Positions 13,200-25,999 are shown, numbered from the whole stretch's first letter. The stretch: DNA of 55,157 nt, filler included, from Sluysia triapertura (GCA_046118255.1; 4 parts of 4 records of this genome joined end to end with filler, not necessarily neighbours in it), one strand, 5' to 3'. The notes: a model not told the origin generated them from the letters alone. Numbers and translations: made by a program.

Positions 13200-13390
13200 A
13201 ATCTCGGACAAAGGGAAAAGCCAATCATCATTGTTGAAAATTTTATGTATCGTAAAAATTAAAAATTAATTGTATATGAACAGTATGCTTTTATTGAATT
13301 GCACATATTTTGATAAAATTGTAACTATTTCTAAATATACTATACCAGAAAATCATATTAAAAATTTCGGACAGAGATAAATCATGAGAA
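13200..13390 (+). mobile_element. FLYWCH zinc-finger remnant, probably a MULE/Mutator transposase N-terminus
   Basis: GQREKPIIIVENFMYRKN followed by a frameshifted Y-x-x-C-T resembles FLYWCH (S.RGKP.L..DGY.Y.KN....YW.C). Confidence 0.45.
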
Positions 13391-13414
13391 ACTAATATAT
13401 ATAATTGGATATAT

Positions 13415-13514
13415 NNNNNNNNNNNNNNNNNNNNNNNNNNNNNNNNNNNNNNNNNNNNTTAATTAATTAANNNNNNNNNNNNNNNNNNNNNNNNNNNNNN
13501 NNNNNNNNNNNNNN
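13415..13514. other. Artificial gap spacer (44 N + TTAATTAATTAA + 44 N)
   Basis: The 12-mer at 13459-13470 puts stops in all six frames; identical at all three gaps. Confidence 0.97.
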
Positions 13515-13549
13515 GTTTATAAAACAGATTCGATTTTAAGTTAGAATTT

Positions 13550-13780
13550 ATTGCGAAGATTATCAAAGTGACTTTATAAATTATTAACTTACTGGGACAA
13601 ATATGTTTTCAGAAGACAGCTTCAAATCGAATTTTATCTCGTATCGTTAAACGAAAAATCCAATCGTGTATTTCAAAAATTATAAAATTTCCACCAATTA
13701 ATATAATAAGTTATGAATTCCAAAATCCACAATGACATTCCAAATCTTTTTATAAGATGTATCGACGTTATCAACTTATC
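13550..13780 (+). mobile_element. Possible MULE transposase C-terminal remnant
   Basis: DFINY..YW ... NFHQ ... IPNLFIRCIDVI loosely follows the MULE C-terminal pattern (F..YF...W ... E.FH..LN ... HPNIF.FI..L). Frameshifted. Confidence 0.3.
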
Positions 13781-14044
13781 GTACTATTTGTGTGTTACAA
13801 AATTACCATAAAATGTTTTATCACTTTTCGAAAATAAAATAAATATATTTAAGCTATAAATTAAACGTATTTCTCAAAACGTAAAAGAATATTTTCTGGT
13901 TTTATAAATAAATTATAAATTACGAAAATAATTATAAAACATTATAAAAATATTGTTTTTACAAATAGAAATGTTATTCAATTATAACAATGTTATATTT
14001 ACAAAATGTTATTCTACAATATTTATATAAATTATTAGTTCATT

Positions 14045-14242
14045 TAGTTACAGAAACGCCCTATTTACGATAAACACGGTTACTTTAACCGGACCCTGCT
14101 CAAAAACATTTTGCCGTAGGTTACGAGTTAGAAAAACCGCAGCAAATGGATGTGAAGTACATTCAAAGTCTTGCGTATCGCATAACCTACATGATCCTGT
14201 TACAGTAACCGTCTATATGGTAAAGAGGCGTTCTTGGAACTA
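14045..14242. mobile_element. Foldback MITE with nested inverted repeats
   Basis: Outer pair TAGTTACAGAAACGCC / GGCGTTCTTGGAACTA. Inner pairs ACGGTTACTTTAACCGGA / TCCTGTTACAGTAACCGT (16/18) and GTAGGTTA / TAACCTAC. Partial second copy at 53013-53056. Confidence 0.7.
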
Positions 14243-15139
14243 TTCACAAGCAAATGGAACTATACTAGTGCGGGTCTCCGATCTCAATGTACTTTGCAAA
14301 TAATAATTTTTAATAAACGCAATTTTTATTAGTAATAATCAAATAGACAAATATTAAAGGTTTATATAAGATCAAAGACAAAATAATTAAATTTAAAATT
14401 ACTACCTTGATGGAAATGGAATTGCTTAGCTGTTTAATTTCAAATTAAAAATATTCCCTCATTACATCGAGGTAAATAAAAATGGTTTAATTAAAAAGAT
14501 ATTAAATATTTTCACCTTCTTCGGAATAATAAAGCCACCTTAACAAAAACAACTTACAACACTCATGGAAATTAGGATGATGTTGAAGTGAAGCGAGGAA
14601 GAAGTAAAGCGAATATATTGATCCAGTCTGAGATGGGAGCACTCTTAAAAATTCACAGTAAACACCAAAATGAGGACTGAATCATTTGAATTTAAGAATA
14701 ATAATTAAATCTACAATTATTATTTTTGTATTTGCTTTATGATTAATTGCAGCTATTTATATAAACCATCAGCCAATCATAAGCGAGTGTAATTCTAGAA
14801 ACTTCTTTTCTATTTTTAGTAAGGATAAGCTTAACTTAGTTTTTGTTTTGTAATTTTAAAAGGATTGTTAAATTAATGTTTCAACGAGATTCTAACTGAA
14901 ATTGTTACAAAAATTTAAATGTATTTTACAAAATGTGTATATTAATTAATCACAAAATCCGCTCGATTTTGATCCACAGCTAATAGTCCAATACTTTAGA
15001 CCGTTAATGTATCTTCAGAATATTTCAATTTTTTGATCCAATGTTAATTTCAGATTGTACTATCTGCATTTTGATTAAGTGCGAGCAGGCTCTACAATTT
15101 TCATAATTATTATAATTATTATTATTATCAATATTATTA

Positions 15140-15180
<41 letters not shown>

Positions 15181-17399
15181 GTCCAGCCATTAATGTTATG
15201 AAGCCATTTTAAAGTAATAAGAGTGAGGCTTTAAATTACTAAAAAACAGTGAAAGTTCATATTAACATTTTGATAAAAAATTTTGTCTATTTTTGCTACG
15301 TTTTTTGTAACTTATTTTATATTAAACTAAATTAATCCAATAAATTTATTATTAGACAGTTTTATTAATCGATATAAGAAACATTTGATGATTCCACAAG
15401 AAAAATATCAATCACCACAAACCGAAAACCAAAACTATGGATGGATTTATGAACCTTTGGTTTGGTTTAGCATTACATTTTTAATTTTAGTTTATAAAAT
15501 TATTTAATTGGAAAATTATAAATGAAATGATATTTGCTTAATTCAATCAACGATTTGTCTTATTTTAAATGTAGATTCTGCCAAACATGCATGTCTCTCA
15601 CATTCTGAATACATCTTCAGCATAATTCTTAATAAATAATTATTAACCAATCAATAAGGTCTGCTAAATTAACAAATATTAATTCAATTCAACCATCCAA
15701 ATAATTTAACATATTTGATTAAATCGAATATTAATATATAATTTGTGATTTTTTTTGTATTTATTGCTACTTTTATATCGACCTAATTACTTAATTAAAT
15801 TAATTTATTAAACATGTTTTACAAATACTAAAATTATAATAATTAAATTTAATTCAATAATTAATAAAAGATTTGTTTAAATATATACCTTAAACATATG
15901 TAGTATTTGTAAAAAATCGTTAAAAATAATTATTTTATTTTCTAAATAGTACATATTAAATAAATTATTATTATTATCAGACTGATCCAAGCCGTTCTGA
16001 TATACGATTTTTTTTCCTTCGGCCGCACACTGACATTACGAAACATGGTATAATAAAATAATGCCGATTGCGAATATAACATTTACAAAAAGTGAAATTT
16101 GTTATTATTATCGAACGTGTTTACTTGAATAAAATAATGATAAGTGTGATTTTAGATTTATATGTATTTATACAATCAAATAACAATGAAAGATAATACT
16201 GAAGTTCAATAATGAAGTTATGTTAAAATGGATTATTTAACAATGTACTTAGCCAATGAAACCAACATGTGATTCGTGCATTACATCGACTTTGATCGTG
16301 TGAGACTGAAATTAAAATAATATATGTGTATTAAGTGTTTTGATTTACTTTTAGAATTATTTATATATTTATTTGGAAAGTTTTCTTAAAAAAATTGAGT
16401 GATGATAGTAAATGGTAGAGTGTTTTGTTAAAAACAGAAAGTGGATCTGAAAATGCGTGAGTGTGTAAGACGTCTTTAGAGGTATTTTTATGTTTTGTTA
16501 TATTGTGTGTTCGTCTGTACGACTTATTGCCAGGACTGTAGCATGCTAGTTGAAGAAAGTGCACTCTTTTTATTTTAATTGCACCTTTCGACTTAAAAAT
16601 AACATTTGATTTATAACTTTTGAACTTTTTCGATAAGTAGTTGATGAATCGTTTATTTTGTTCGGCATTTTGATATGGAAAATGACAAGCATTTTTTATT
16701 TAAAAATTACTTAGTTGATTATGTAATAAAATTTGTTTATTTCGCATTTTGTTTTAGTTAGGAAATCCTTAAAGAAAATGTTGCACAAAAGAAATAATTA
16801 GATTCTACATAAATTGCGCATACATGTGAAGCTAGAAAAATGGAATAAAATCATTTAATACATCAAATTTATATTCCAATTGTTATGTCAATTAATAATT
16901 ATTTTAACAATTCTGAAATGAAGTACTACTATCGTTACAAAAACTCAACAGTAATATATCAAAGTTATTATATTGATTTAGACAATAATAGTGAAAATAA
17001 CTCAACAACAAATCAATTTAGTTTGGAGAATCTCAATAAATTTAGTAGTTACAAAATCAAATGTAAATTGTCAAAATTCTTCATATTTTAACAATGATAC
17101 TTATTAAAATCAAAAGATACAACTCCAAATGTATTCAATTTCATGTAAATGCTACAATAAAATAAAACGAACAAATTTTGATCGTTGTTCAAAATTACAA
17201 ATTATTATGTTGTAAGTATTTGGTAAATAACCAAAAGGACAATTGACTGCTAGTAATTCAAAGAATTAGATAAATAATAATTAAATAAAATAAAGTAATA
17301 TCAACCAAGGTTGCGCAACAGAAATTTCAATTACCTATTATGCCAAAATAATTCTAAAATCTATTAATAAACAAAGGGGAATTATATAAGAATTATTAG

Positions 17400-18870
17400 T
17401 TTAATAAACTGTTGCGTCTTTGAAAATTATTAAATTATTTAAATAAATATCAATTTAATTAGCTTAAAAAGAACCTCCATTATTTAAGTATTCACTAGAT
17501 CAAATATAAATTTTCAATAATTCTCTTAATTAATATCAATAATTATTCACCCCAAAATTAAGGACTTGAAAATCAAATCAATAACAACACAACAATTTAC
17601 TGGTTAAATAAAAATCAATTACAAATTAGTATTATTATAAACCTCTATCAAGCAGTACTAAAAATGATTAAAATGACGAGATTAACAATAACGTTTATAA
17701 TAGTCTCAAGGATACAACAATCTATCAAAAGAAACCAGAGGTGAAGCAACACTATGATTCACGATTAACAAATATAAATTTTTCAACAGAACACAAGAAC
17801 AAAAAACTATTTTAATAAAATCCTATAAAAAAATAATATTATTTTTAATTATAAAATAAATTCAAAAATTACTTAAAACATGAATCTTCTCATTTTCATT
17901 ACTAATTGTTATTATTGTTGTATTTTCGTTGTAGTTGTTGCGTTGTGTAATAAAATTTTTAAGTTTTCCTTTTTTATATTTTCTCATCATCCAATAATTT
18001 CCAATTTTGTGATTAAACATTTGCTCACATATCATTGAGAATTAATCCGACAATAATAACTTTGACAGTTACATGGTACAGAGTATCAAACTTTATTAGA
18101 TACAAAACACAAAAATTGATTTACGATTATCTATTATTTTCCTTCACTCTACTAAATCTAATTTTAATCAAATTAATTCTTACATTAAAATAACGATCAA
18201 CAATATTGTTAACATACATAAAAATAATGAATTTAATTTCACTTTTTAGGATTTAATTGATTTTTGGTTTTTCATACCCAATTTTCTAATGAAAAATGTT
18301 TAAGGTTCTTATTCTCAAACAAACCATTTTACAAAATTTCGAACTCACTTAGAGATTCTCCTCTTTCATAGCAATGATCCCATATTCCATTCATCACATT
18401 TCCATCACTCTAAGTATAATATATTAAACATTCCATAATAATAAATTAATTAAATTTTGACTTTTCTCAATATTAAGGCTTTCCTTGCATGAATTCGGTC
18501 AAACCATACCTTCATCGGAAGGTCTTTTCAAAACAAATATATACACAGTTTCAAATTTAACGTAGCATTCCGCATTCAAAAGTTATTCACAAAAATATAC
18601 TTTTCCTTAATTAAGTTATTCAAGATTATTAATTAATCTATTTTTAGACTTAATCTTATTTTATGTTTAAAGGTTTTATTAAGGTTCTAAAGTTTTTTAG
18701 TAGTTTATAAGGCATTCAGGAAGCTCTAGATGTTTACTTTTATGATTCTTATTCCAATAATGTTTACCATGTTCAATCCATCTCTTTGTATCAGATTTTT
18801 CTTCATTTTATAATTTTATATGTTTTCATTCATCTCCAGATCCAGAGTTGGGCAATCCCAACAATTAACT
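17400..18870 (-). repeat. Diverged dispersed repeat, left arm of a large inverted pair
   Basis: Colinear reverse-complement matches to 19760-21160 at several anchors (about 17410/21150, 17735/20900, 17960/20560, 18050/20440, 18725/20215, 18850/19780). Confidence 0.65.
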
Positions 18871-19759
18871 CTTTATAGATTTGGAAAGAAAATATTAAAA
18901 TTTTATTCGCACTTCCTTCTCTAATATCAGAAATGAATTCGAATCATGACTTAACAGATAAAAACTGTTTATATTAAGGTTTTAAAGTCATTTGATTGAG
19001 ACAGTTTATGTTACCGATAGTAAAGTTAAACCGAATAATTTTAGAAAAGAAGAAGCAAACGCTTTATAAAGTTTATAATTCCCAAAGTTTATAGAGAATT
19101 TTAAGAGTCATTAATTATTAGCAAACATAAATTAAGTTTAAAGTTTGTAGGCGCAATTTTAAACCAAATTAAAAACGAAATAATAAATATAATAAATAAT
19201 AAAAATAAATATTCGAATAAAAAAGAATGAAAGACGCCAAGGAATAACCCTTTACAAGGTTTTATTTGTTAAAGTATTAAAGTACATTTGTTAATTAATT
19301 TAATTAAAATTTGTTTTATTTGATAACTTTATGAAAAATGTTTGCTCATGATAAAATAATATTAGACGTAATATATAATGATGAATTTTATAAGTATTTT
19401 TAATGATAAAGCGTTAAGAAGCATGTCGACGTAGATAACGTAAAAATTTGTTATTTTAATTAGTTTTTATAATTTAAAATGAAAGTTAAATATGTTCCGA
19501 TGTTTAATTATAATTAAAGTATATGTTAAATTAATGCTTATAAAGTTACCAATTCACATAATTCCTTGAATATAACGTGCGACGTACGGTTGATGCACAA
19601 CGTATTATACAAAAGATTTCTATGAAAAATAAATTTACTATTTCATTAATTTTATCCTTAATTTAAGTTAATAAATTGCGTTATTGACAAAATAGTTACA
19701 TAATGAAGACATTAAATTTTAATTTAATTATTTTGAAAAGATAAAGAGATTGTTTATCC

Positions 19760-21160
19760 CATTATCTTTGTGTTGGGGTTGCCTAGCTAGTGAGTAGAAA
19801 ATAGGTTAAACGTTAGGGAATTTAAAATATGTAAGAAGAAGTGTTAAAAAATATCTGAAACATAATAATATGAGCACAATTAAATACTCCTGGAGCAAGA
19901 ATGATGAAAAAGAAAATGTTTATAGTCATTTTGAAACCGAAGAATTAAGACCCTTATGAAAGCTTAAGAATGATTCGAAAATATGTTTTAAAGAATGAAG
20001 ATATCTTGGAACTTCTAAACCTTAGGATCATCTGAGACCCTGTTGATCTTTTGGAACCTTAGAAGACATTCGAATAACTTTGTAAAATGTTTGGAACCTT
20101 TAAAATGTCCAAGAATTAAAATCATGGTTCATGATATTAAAGATAAATTTTATACATTATAATTAACATTAAAAAGGTAGAAAAAGGAATCAGAAAAAGG
20201 TGAAAGTGAAAACATCTAGAACCCCTGAGTACCTTTTAAAGTATCTAACAATTTTATAATCATAGTGAAACATTAATTGAATTAATGATTAATTGAATTC
20301 CTAAAACTAAAATTAAATTTATCATTTTTAAGATGTTGATAACAATAACAATTGTTAATTTAAGTAATTTATGAAAAAGTAGATCATTGTAGAGTAGAAT
20401 AATGGTTAATTGTTAATGGTCGTACCATGTAATTGTCAAAATTATTATGTTCGGTCTAATATTCAAAAGAGGTTTTCATGGTTTGATTGAAAGTAATTTC
20501 TGATCGTGAATTTGGGAATTATTGAATGACACAGAAGTATAAAAGGGAACGCTTAAAAAATTTTTAAGCAACCAAAAAGATTCAAAAGTGTCCAACAAAA
20601 ACATGATAATAAAAAAATCCATGTATGGATAAAATTTTTAATTTTAATTTTATTTAAGTTTTAAATATTTGAATTTAAATAAGTGTTTTATATATTATTT
20701 TGGGAATTCCTCCTTTGGCATTCATTTAATATTTTGTTAAGTAATTTTTGTTATTATAGGGGATTCCTTTTGATTTGAATTTAGGAAAGTTTTACATATT
20801 ATTTTAGGAATCCTCGTTTGAATTGACATTTGTATTATAAAAATATAAATAGATATTTTGAGAATTTACTTTTTGTGCTGTAACGAGATTGTGTTGCATA
20901 ACCTCTGGATTAGATGATTAAGTTATTGCTTATTTATAATTAAGAATTAAGTTTTATATGATTATTACTAAAAATTTATATTATGGATAAATATCATTTT
21001 GTTGATTACGTTTTTTGTGATTATTTAAAATTAATTGAAGTTTTAGTTATTTTGATTTTATCATTTGATTATTATTAATAGAAAAGTATATATTATTGAT
21101 TTAAGAATTTTAAAAATTGCAATTATTATTAATATTTAATATAAGATGCAACATTGGGAT
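19760..21160 (+). repeat. Diverged dispersed repeat, right arm of the large inverted pair
   Basis: For example, GTACCATGTAATTGTCAAAATTATTATGTTCGG (about 20422) is the reverse complement of CCGACAATAATAACTTTGACAGTTACATGGTAC (about 18047) with few differences. Confidence 0.65.
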
Positions 21161-21169
21161 AATTACAAA

Positions 21170-21420
21170 AGATAATGAAATTGGACATGGAGGGAAATTA
21201 CTACGGGAATTTAATCATTAAAAATGGTTGGCTTATCGCGAACTAAAAAGAATCATTAGTTTAATATTCGTCTTGTCCAATTTCCAATCTCCTAAATTAT
21301 TGTCAAAGTGCTATATAAGCGGTCATATTTTTGTATAAAAATTAGACACAAAAAGGGATAACCCAAAAGAAAAAGAATGGCAAAGGAAGCGCCTTAATCC
21401 ATTTTTTGGAAAACAGTGAG
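21170..21420 (+). mobile_element. Possible RTE-like LINE 3' end remnant
   Basis: Fragments WTW, KNGW and KEKEWQR resemble RTE C-terminal KWTWAGH / DNRW / QDR..WR. A similar KDKEKEKEWRQ occurs at about 4987-5020. Confidence 0.3.
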
Positions 21421-22063
21421 AATGATGTTTACTTGTCAACAAGTGACTAATATATAGATAGGGTTAGTCATTCGTTTTATATTTATTATTGTTGTCAGGT
21501 TCTAATTCCAAATTGTATTTATCTCTTTATCTGTTTTAATTTTAATTTGTATATTTTGTGTATTTTTTATTTTTATTAAATAATTATTATTATTATATTA
21601 AATAAATTAGAAATAAAAATATTTAAAATATAAAATAATAAATGGAATTGAAATTACTTAAAGAAAAAATTAAATTTTAATTAAAGAAAAAATTAAATTA
21701 ATAAAATAAAGTAAATTAATAATGAAAAGATTATTAATTTAAAATCTTAGAATAATAAAGAAAAAAGAAATTATTTGTTTAAATAAATTAATTTAAAAAA
21801 AACAAGAAGACATATTGGAATTAATCAAATATAAATAGGTGAGCTTTTTTAATAAACAACACCAGAAAATTTTTCAGAATTTTAGAAAGTTTTTAGGAGC
21901 AAATTTTAGCATTTGATCTTCCGGAACAAATTTCAATATTTTGGTACTATATATCAATCATCAATTTTTCTCAATTCCATGATAGCGAAGTAATTATTAT
22001 TATTATTATAAGTTTCTATGGTTTTACTCTAAATCATTTTACTTAAAATCATTTTTATTTTCA

Positions 22064-22333
22064 AAGCAACACCATAAAAAGAGTTGCGAAATATACATCT
22101 AAAATTACAAACTACCAAGTAATATTTGAGTAGTTAATTAAAATTTTATTATTACTATAAATCATTTTTGTAAGTTTTTAAACCTTGCGTTATAATATAT
22201 TTTAAGAAGGTTTTAAAGTTTTTATTATTAATTTAAAATCTTTTTTATAAGCAACACCATAAAAAGGGTTGCGTAATTTCTAAATTTATAAAAATAGTTT
22301 TTTATAAGCAACACCATAAAAAGGGTTGCGTAA
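22064..22333. repeat. Three hairpin-containing direct repeats
   Basis: A perfect 36-mer TTTTTTATAAGCAACACCATAAAAAGGGTTGCGTAA at 22241-22276 and 22298-22333 (21-nt spacer), plus a 25-nt core with one mismatch at 22064-22088. Internal stem GCAAC(A)CC / GGGTTGC. Confidence 0.9.
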
Positions 22334-22612
22334 GATATAAATAAAGTTCAAATTAATTTAATTAATTAACTTTCTAGAAGTGTTAGGTAAACATTAAGTA
22401 ATTTGAATTAATTAGTACGGTAAAGTAATTAGTATAAGAAATTTTAGTAATTCATAATAATACGCCTCCAATTTTGGTATAAAGCGTATATATTAGGCGG
22501 ACCGACTCTTCAGATAATTTGCTTAAGTATAAGAAAATACTAGCATTGTTAATACGGGCGTCAATGTTTATTGATTTTTTAAGTTCTGTTATCCTGGTAG
22601 TAACTTTGAATT

Positions 22613-23460
22613 TTAAAGTTTTGTATCAAACTTTATTAAAAAATTAGTAACACAGAGAAGCGTTACATACATTAAAATTAACAACAAAGCATCATATTTC
22701 AAAATTAAAATATTACTAAAAATTTCACGTTTTGAAACATCTGGCTCCATTCCTTCTAGAAAAGATATTCGCTCATGCAAGAAGCTAAGCGTCCATAATC
22801 ATTTATTCTTTGCATCCACATAAATTACATTATGTTTTGAATTTACTTTTAAAACGTTACCATTGAAACCTTTAGCGCTGATTTTTACTTTCCATAATCA
22901 TATTCATACACATACTCGACTTTCGTCAAAACGAAGCTAGTCTGATTAAAAATTATGTACATATATTGATTCATATCGTATCACTTTCCAAACACATTTG
23001 CAATTACCGTAACGATTCAAACTTAACGTATACATTTTATAGTGACCATGAAATCTAATACCGCCTTTGGTTATATAACGGCACATTGTTTCAATACTTA
23101 CAAGACTAGAAACTTTCACTCATCTCTTTTACGTACCGAAATGTTCATCACCTTGTTTCGATTTAACGTGAATAGTTGCCGCTATTTGATAGTAGTAGCG
23201 GAAAATTGAATTATTTAACTTCAAATTCTTGACGTGAAACAATATTCAATCAAATAACCGAAGTAGTCTGCCTAAGGAAATAAAGTTCTTAATAACATCA
23301 TCTTCAAAAAACTTTGTTTTCGGATTCGTTCAATTATTCAATAAATTATAAAAATTTTCTTTATTAATTTTATGATTTGATCAGAAACTCACAAGCGTAA
23401 AGCTAGTATAACTACATGTCACTAACACAATCAAAAATGGACGAATATTGAAACTATTGT
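22613..23460 (-). pseudogene. Decayed intronless ORF of unknown function (about 280 codons)
   Basis: One frame runs about 280 codons with only 10 internal stops (7 TGA, 2 TAA, 1 TAG), few for this base composition. Reads ...KTKFFEDDVIKNFISLGRLLRLFD*ILFHVKNLKLNNSIFRYYYQIAATIHV...MCRYITKGGIRFHGHYKMYTLSLNRYGNCKCVWKVIRY... Confidence 0.55.
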
Positions 23461-23586
23461 TAACATAGTTTTCGTTTTTATAATATACAATATTTTTAAT
23501 TTAGAAATAACTTACTTAAAATAATGACTTAGAAATAACTTACTTATAAATATTTACTTATGAAAATAAAATAATTGATCATACAC

Positions 23587-24187
23587 TCAAATATAAATAA
23601 AGTGATCTAGATTTTCGAATGATACATTTCTATTTAATACTGCATCGTCATGTTCATTTTCGGCCAAATTATGAACCAATTTAGTTTCAGTAATAAGAAG
23701 TTCTTGAATTTCTCGAATTTCATCTTCCCATTTTGATTGTTTGAAATAATTTACTTCTTGAACTTGCAGCATTTGGAAAGTTAATTCTTCTACTTTGGGA
23801 TTGATTATAACCTGTTCCATTGTCTCCAAATCACACAAATTGCCGAATTTATCAATCATCATTTAGTCATATTTCCGTGAGTTTAATTTATTTTTGTTGC
23901 TGCTGTAGATGCACTGGGTGGTCATCCAACGTAGCTGATAAATTTTGCTTTGTGATCTTGTAGTTCAATATGTTCTTTGTAATTCATATACAATCGTTTT
24001 AAGATTTTCTTCCATTCTGAATACATATAACGCTGATTTTGAACAACAATATTGTGAAATCTTGACATCTATCAGATATATCTTCCTTTAATGATTTTTG
24101 TACATTTTTTGAAGTAAATTCAACTGAATAAGACCATAGTGACATCAAAACAACGTACATGTTCAATGTATTTATGAAATAGCTCAT
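23587..24187 (-). pseudogene. Decayed intronless ORF with acidic helical C-terminus, unknown function
   Basis: ORFs 23999-24187 and 23587-23862 are linked by coding-like sequence with stops and a frameshift. Protein-like composition (KWEDEIREIQELLITETKLVHNLAE). Confidence 0.5.
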
Positions 24188-24720
24188 ATATTAAAATTAA
24201 CCACAATTTGTCAAAATGTCTGTCACCAAAATGATCAAATGTTGCCATGACTTATTTGTATAAAACATGTGCTGCTAGTAAAGATAAATAATTATTTACA
24301 CAATTAGTAATAATTGATTCAAAGGAGAAAAAACTATAAATAATAAACATAATTCACGAGAAGAGAATGTAGTGTATGAAATTATAGAAGAAGTGCTCTT
24401 AATAATGACGCAGATGAAGGAGGCGATATCGACAAAACTAATTATGATACTAGTACAATCAATTATAATAGTTTGTGTTACATATTTTATTTTGAGTTTG
24501 TGGTTTGCGTGAGGTTTTTGTGTGGATGGATTTTATGAAATTTGTGATTGCACATGATAATAAAAGTACAGTATATGACTGGGACGCCACATTGTCATCT
24601 CTGGATTCGTATAGATTTAGAATTTTATAGCCAGTGATTTATAACTTTAAATTTGAAGATATATTATTATAAAATTGTGAAAATTATATTGTCAACTTTA
24701 TAAAACTTTGACTTTATACA

Positions 24721-24955
24721 TTAACCCCTTAACTCGCACACTCGAATTAACTCGAGCGAGGTAAACCTGCAGAAATGAGCATACTCGAGTTAATTCGAGC
24801 GTCAACACTTTTCGTATTACTATAATAATCACAATTTTTTTTGAATTTTTTTTATAAATATCACACTAAAATATAGTTTAGTAAATAATGCAGCAATAAA
24901 AAAATGAGTTTTTTGGACGTTTTTTTTGAAAAGAAATTGAACGTTAAGGGGTTAA
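24721..24955. mobile_element. piggyBac-type MITE (227 bp plus TTAA TSDs)
   Basis: TTAA-CCCCTTAAC ... GTTAAGGGG-TTAA. Perfect 16-bp subterminal inverted repeat CTCGAATTAACTCGAG (24741-24756) / CTCGAGTTAATTCGAG (24784-24799). Confidence 0.88.
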
Positions 24956-25999
24956 TTAGGGTCTTATCAAATTTTCAATTAACTGTGTAATTAATAATCA
25001 TTTATAATTTTAATTATAACAATATATGTCGTTTATAAATGATTTTTCTGAAATCCTATTAAAAGGATTTGTGCTTGAGATAAATGATTTCTCGTTGCCA
25101 AAATTATACTTTGACTAAAAACTTTACTTATAGTGATAAATTTAATTATTTTAAAACTATAAAAATTAATGTCTGTTCAATAATAATAATGATTTTTTTG
25201 TAAGAGTATTTATTAAATGTATTACAAAAAAAATCGATAATAGATTTATAAAATTTTTCGTTAATAATTATTAGTTAATTAAATTCTTAGGTAAATCAAT
25301 TTAAAAATATAATAACTGTTTCAAATGTATTTTGAGTGTATTTTATGGAGATACTGTTTTAGTATCGAACCTTAAAATAAAATAAACCAACGTTAAAGAA
25401 GAATTTATAAAAGCCAAGATTGAATAAATTTGTTTTTTAAAACTCAGTTATCCGAAATACTGTGTGTCGCTTGTATAAAACTTGGAAGACTTGTAAAAAT
25501 TTTTCATTTTTCGTTTGTTAAAAAAATTGTGAGATAATGTAAAATTTGTGACTTTTATACTTGTTCTAGATCAACCTTGGCTTTTAAATTTAAACAATTT
25601 AGAATATTAAATAAATATTAAATTAAATACTCAAACTAGAGTATTAAATTAAATATTTCCAAAATTAATAATCAAATAAAAATCAATAATAATTACAATA
25701 AAATCAGCCATAATACGTATGTTTACACAGATAATATCAATATATGTTTATCACAATGCACAAATAATATCAATTGATTGTACTTTGTACAACAGAAATA
25801 TAAAACAAAAGAAATCAACGCTAAAGTTATTCAATGAAACCTTTGAAATTAATAATTTTAAAATAGGAAACCAGTCTATCCTTTGTAGTTATTATCTATG
25901 AAACTTGTGATTCTACGTAAAGTTTATGCTTTTCGATTCAAACTTATCCAATTCTCTGAAATCATACAGATCCAGTCATTGATTCTAATGCTGTATTTA

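Noticed and set aside
13459-13470. TTAATTAATTAA as a biological motif or piggyBac target
   Set aside because: It is centred identically within 44+44 N at all three gaps, so it is an artificial linker.
15560-15660. Upstream ATG2 exon beyond the first gap
   Set aside because: There is an in-frame TGA right after the acceptor, and the phase-1 donors would create a TAA at the junction.
22241-22333. CRISPR array
   Set aside because: Only two full repeats plus one distant partial, irregular spacing, no cas genes, and a eukaryotic context.
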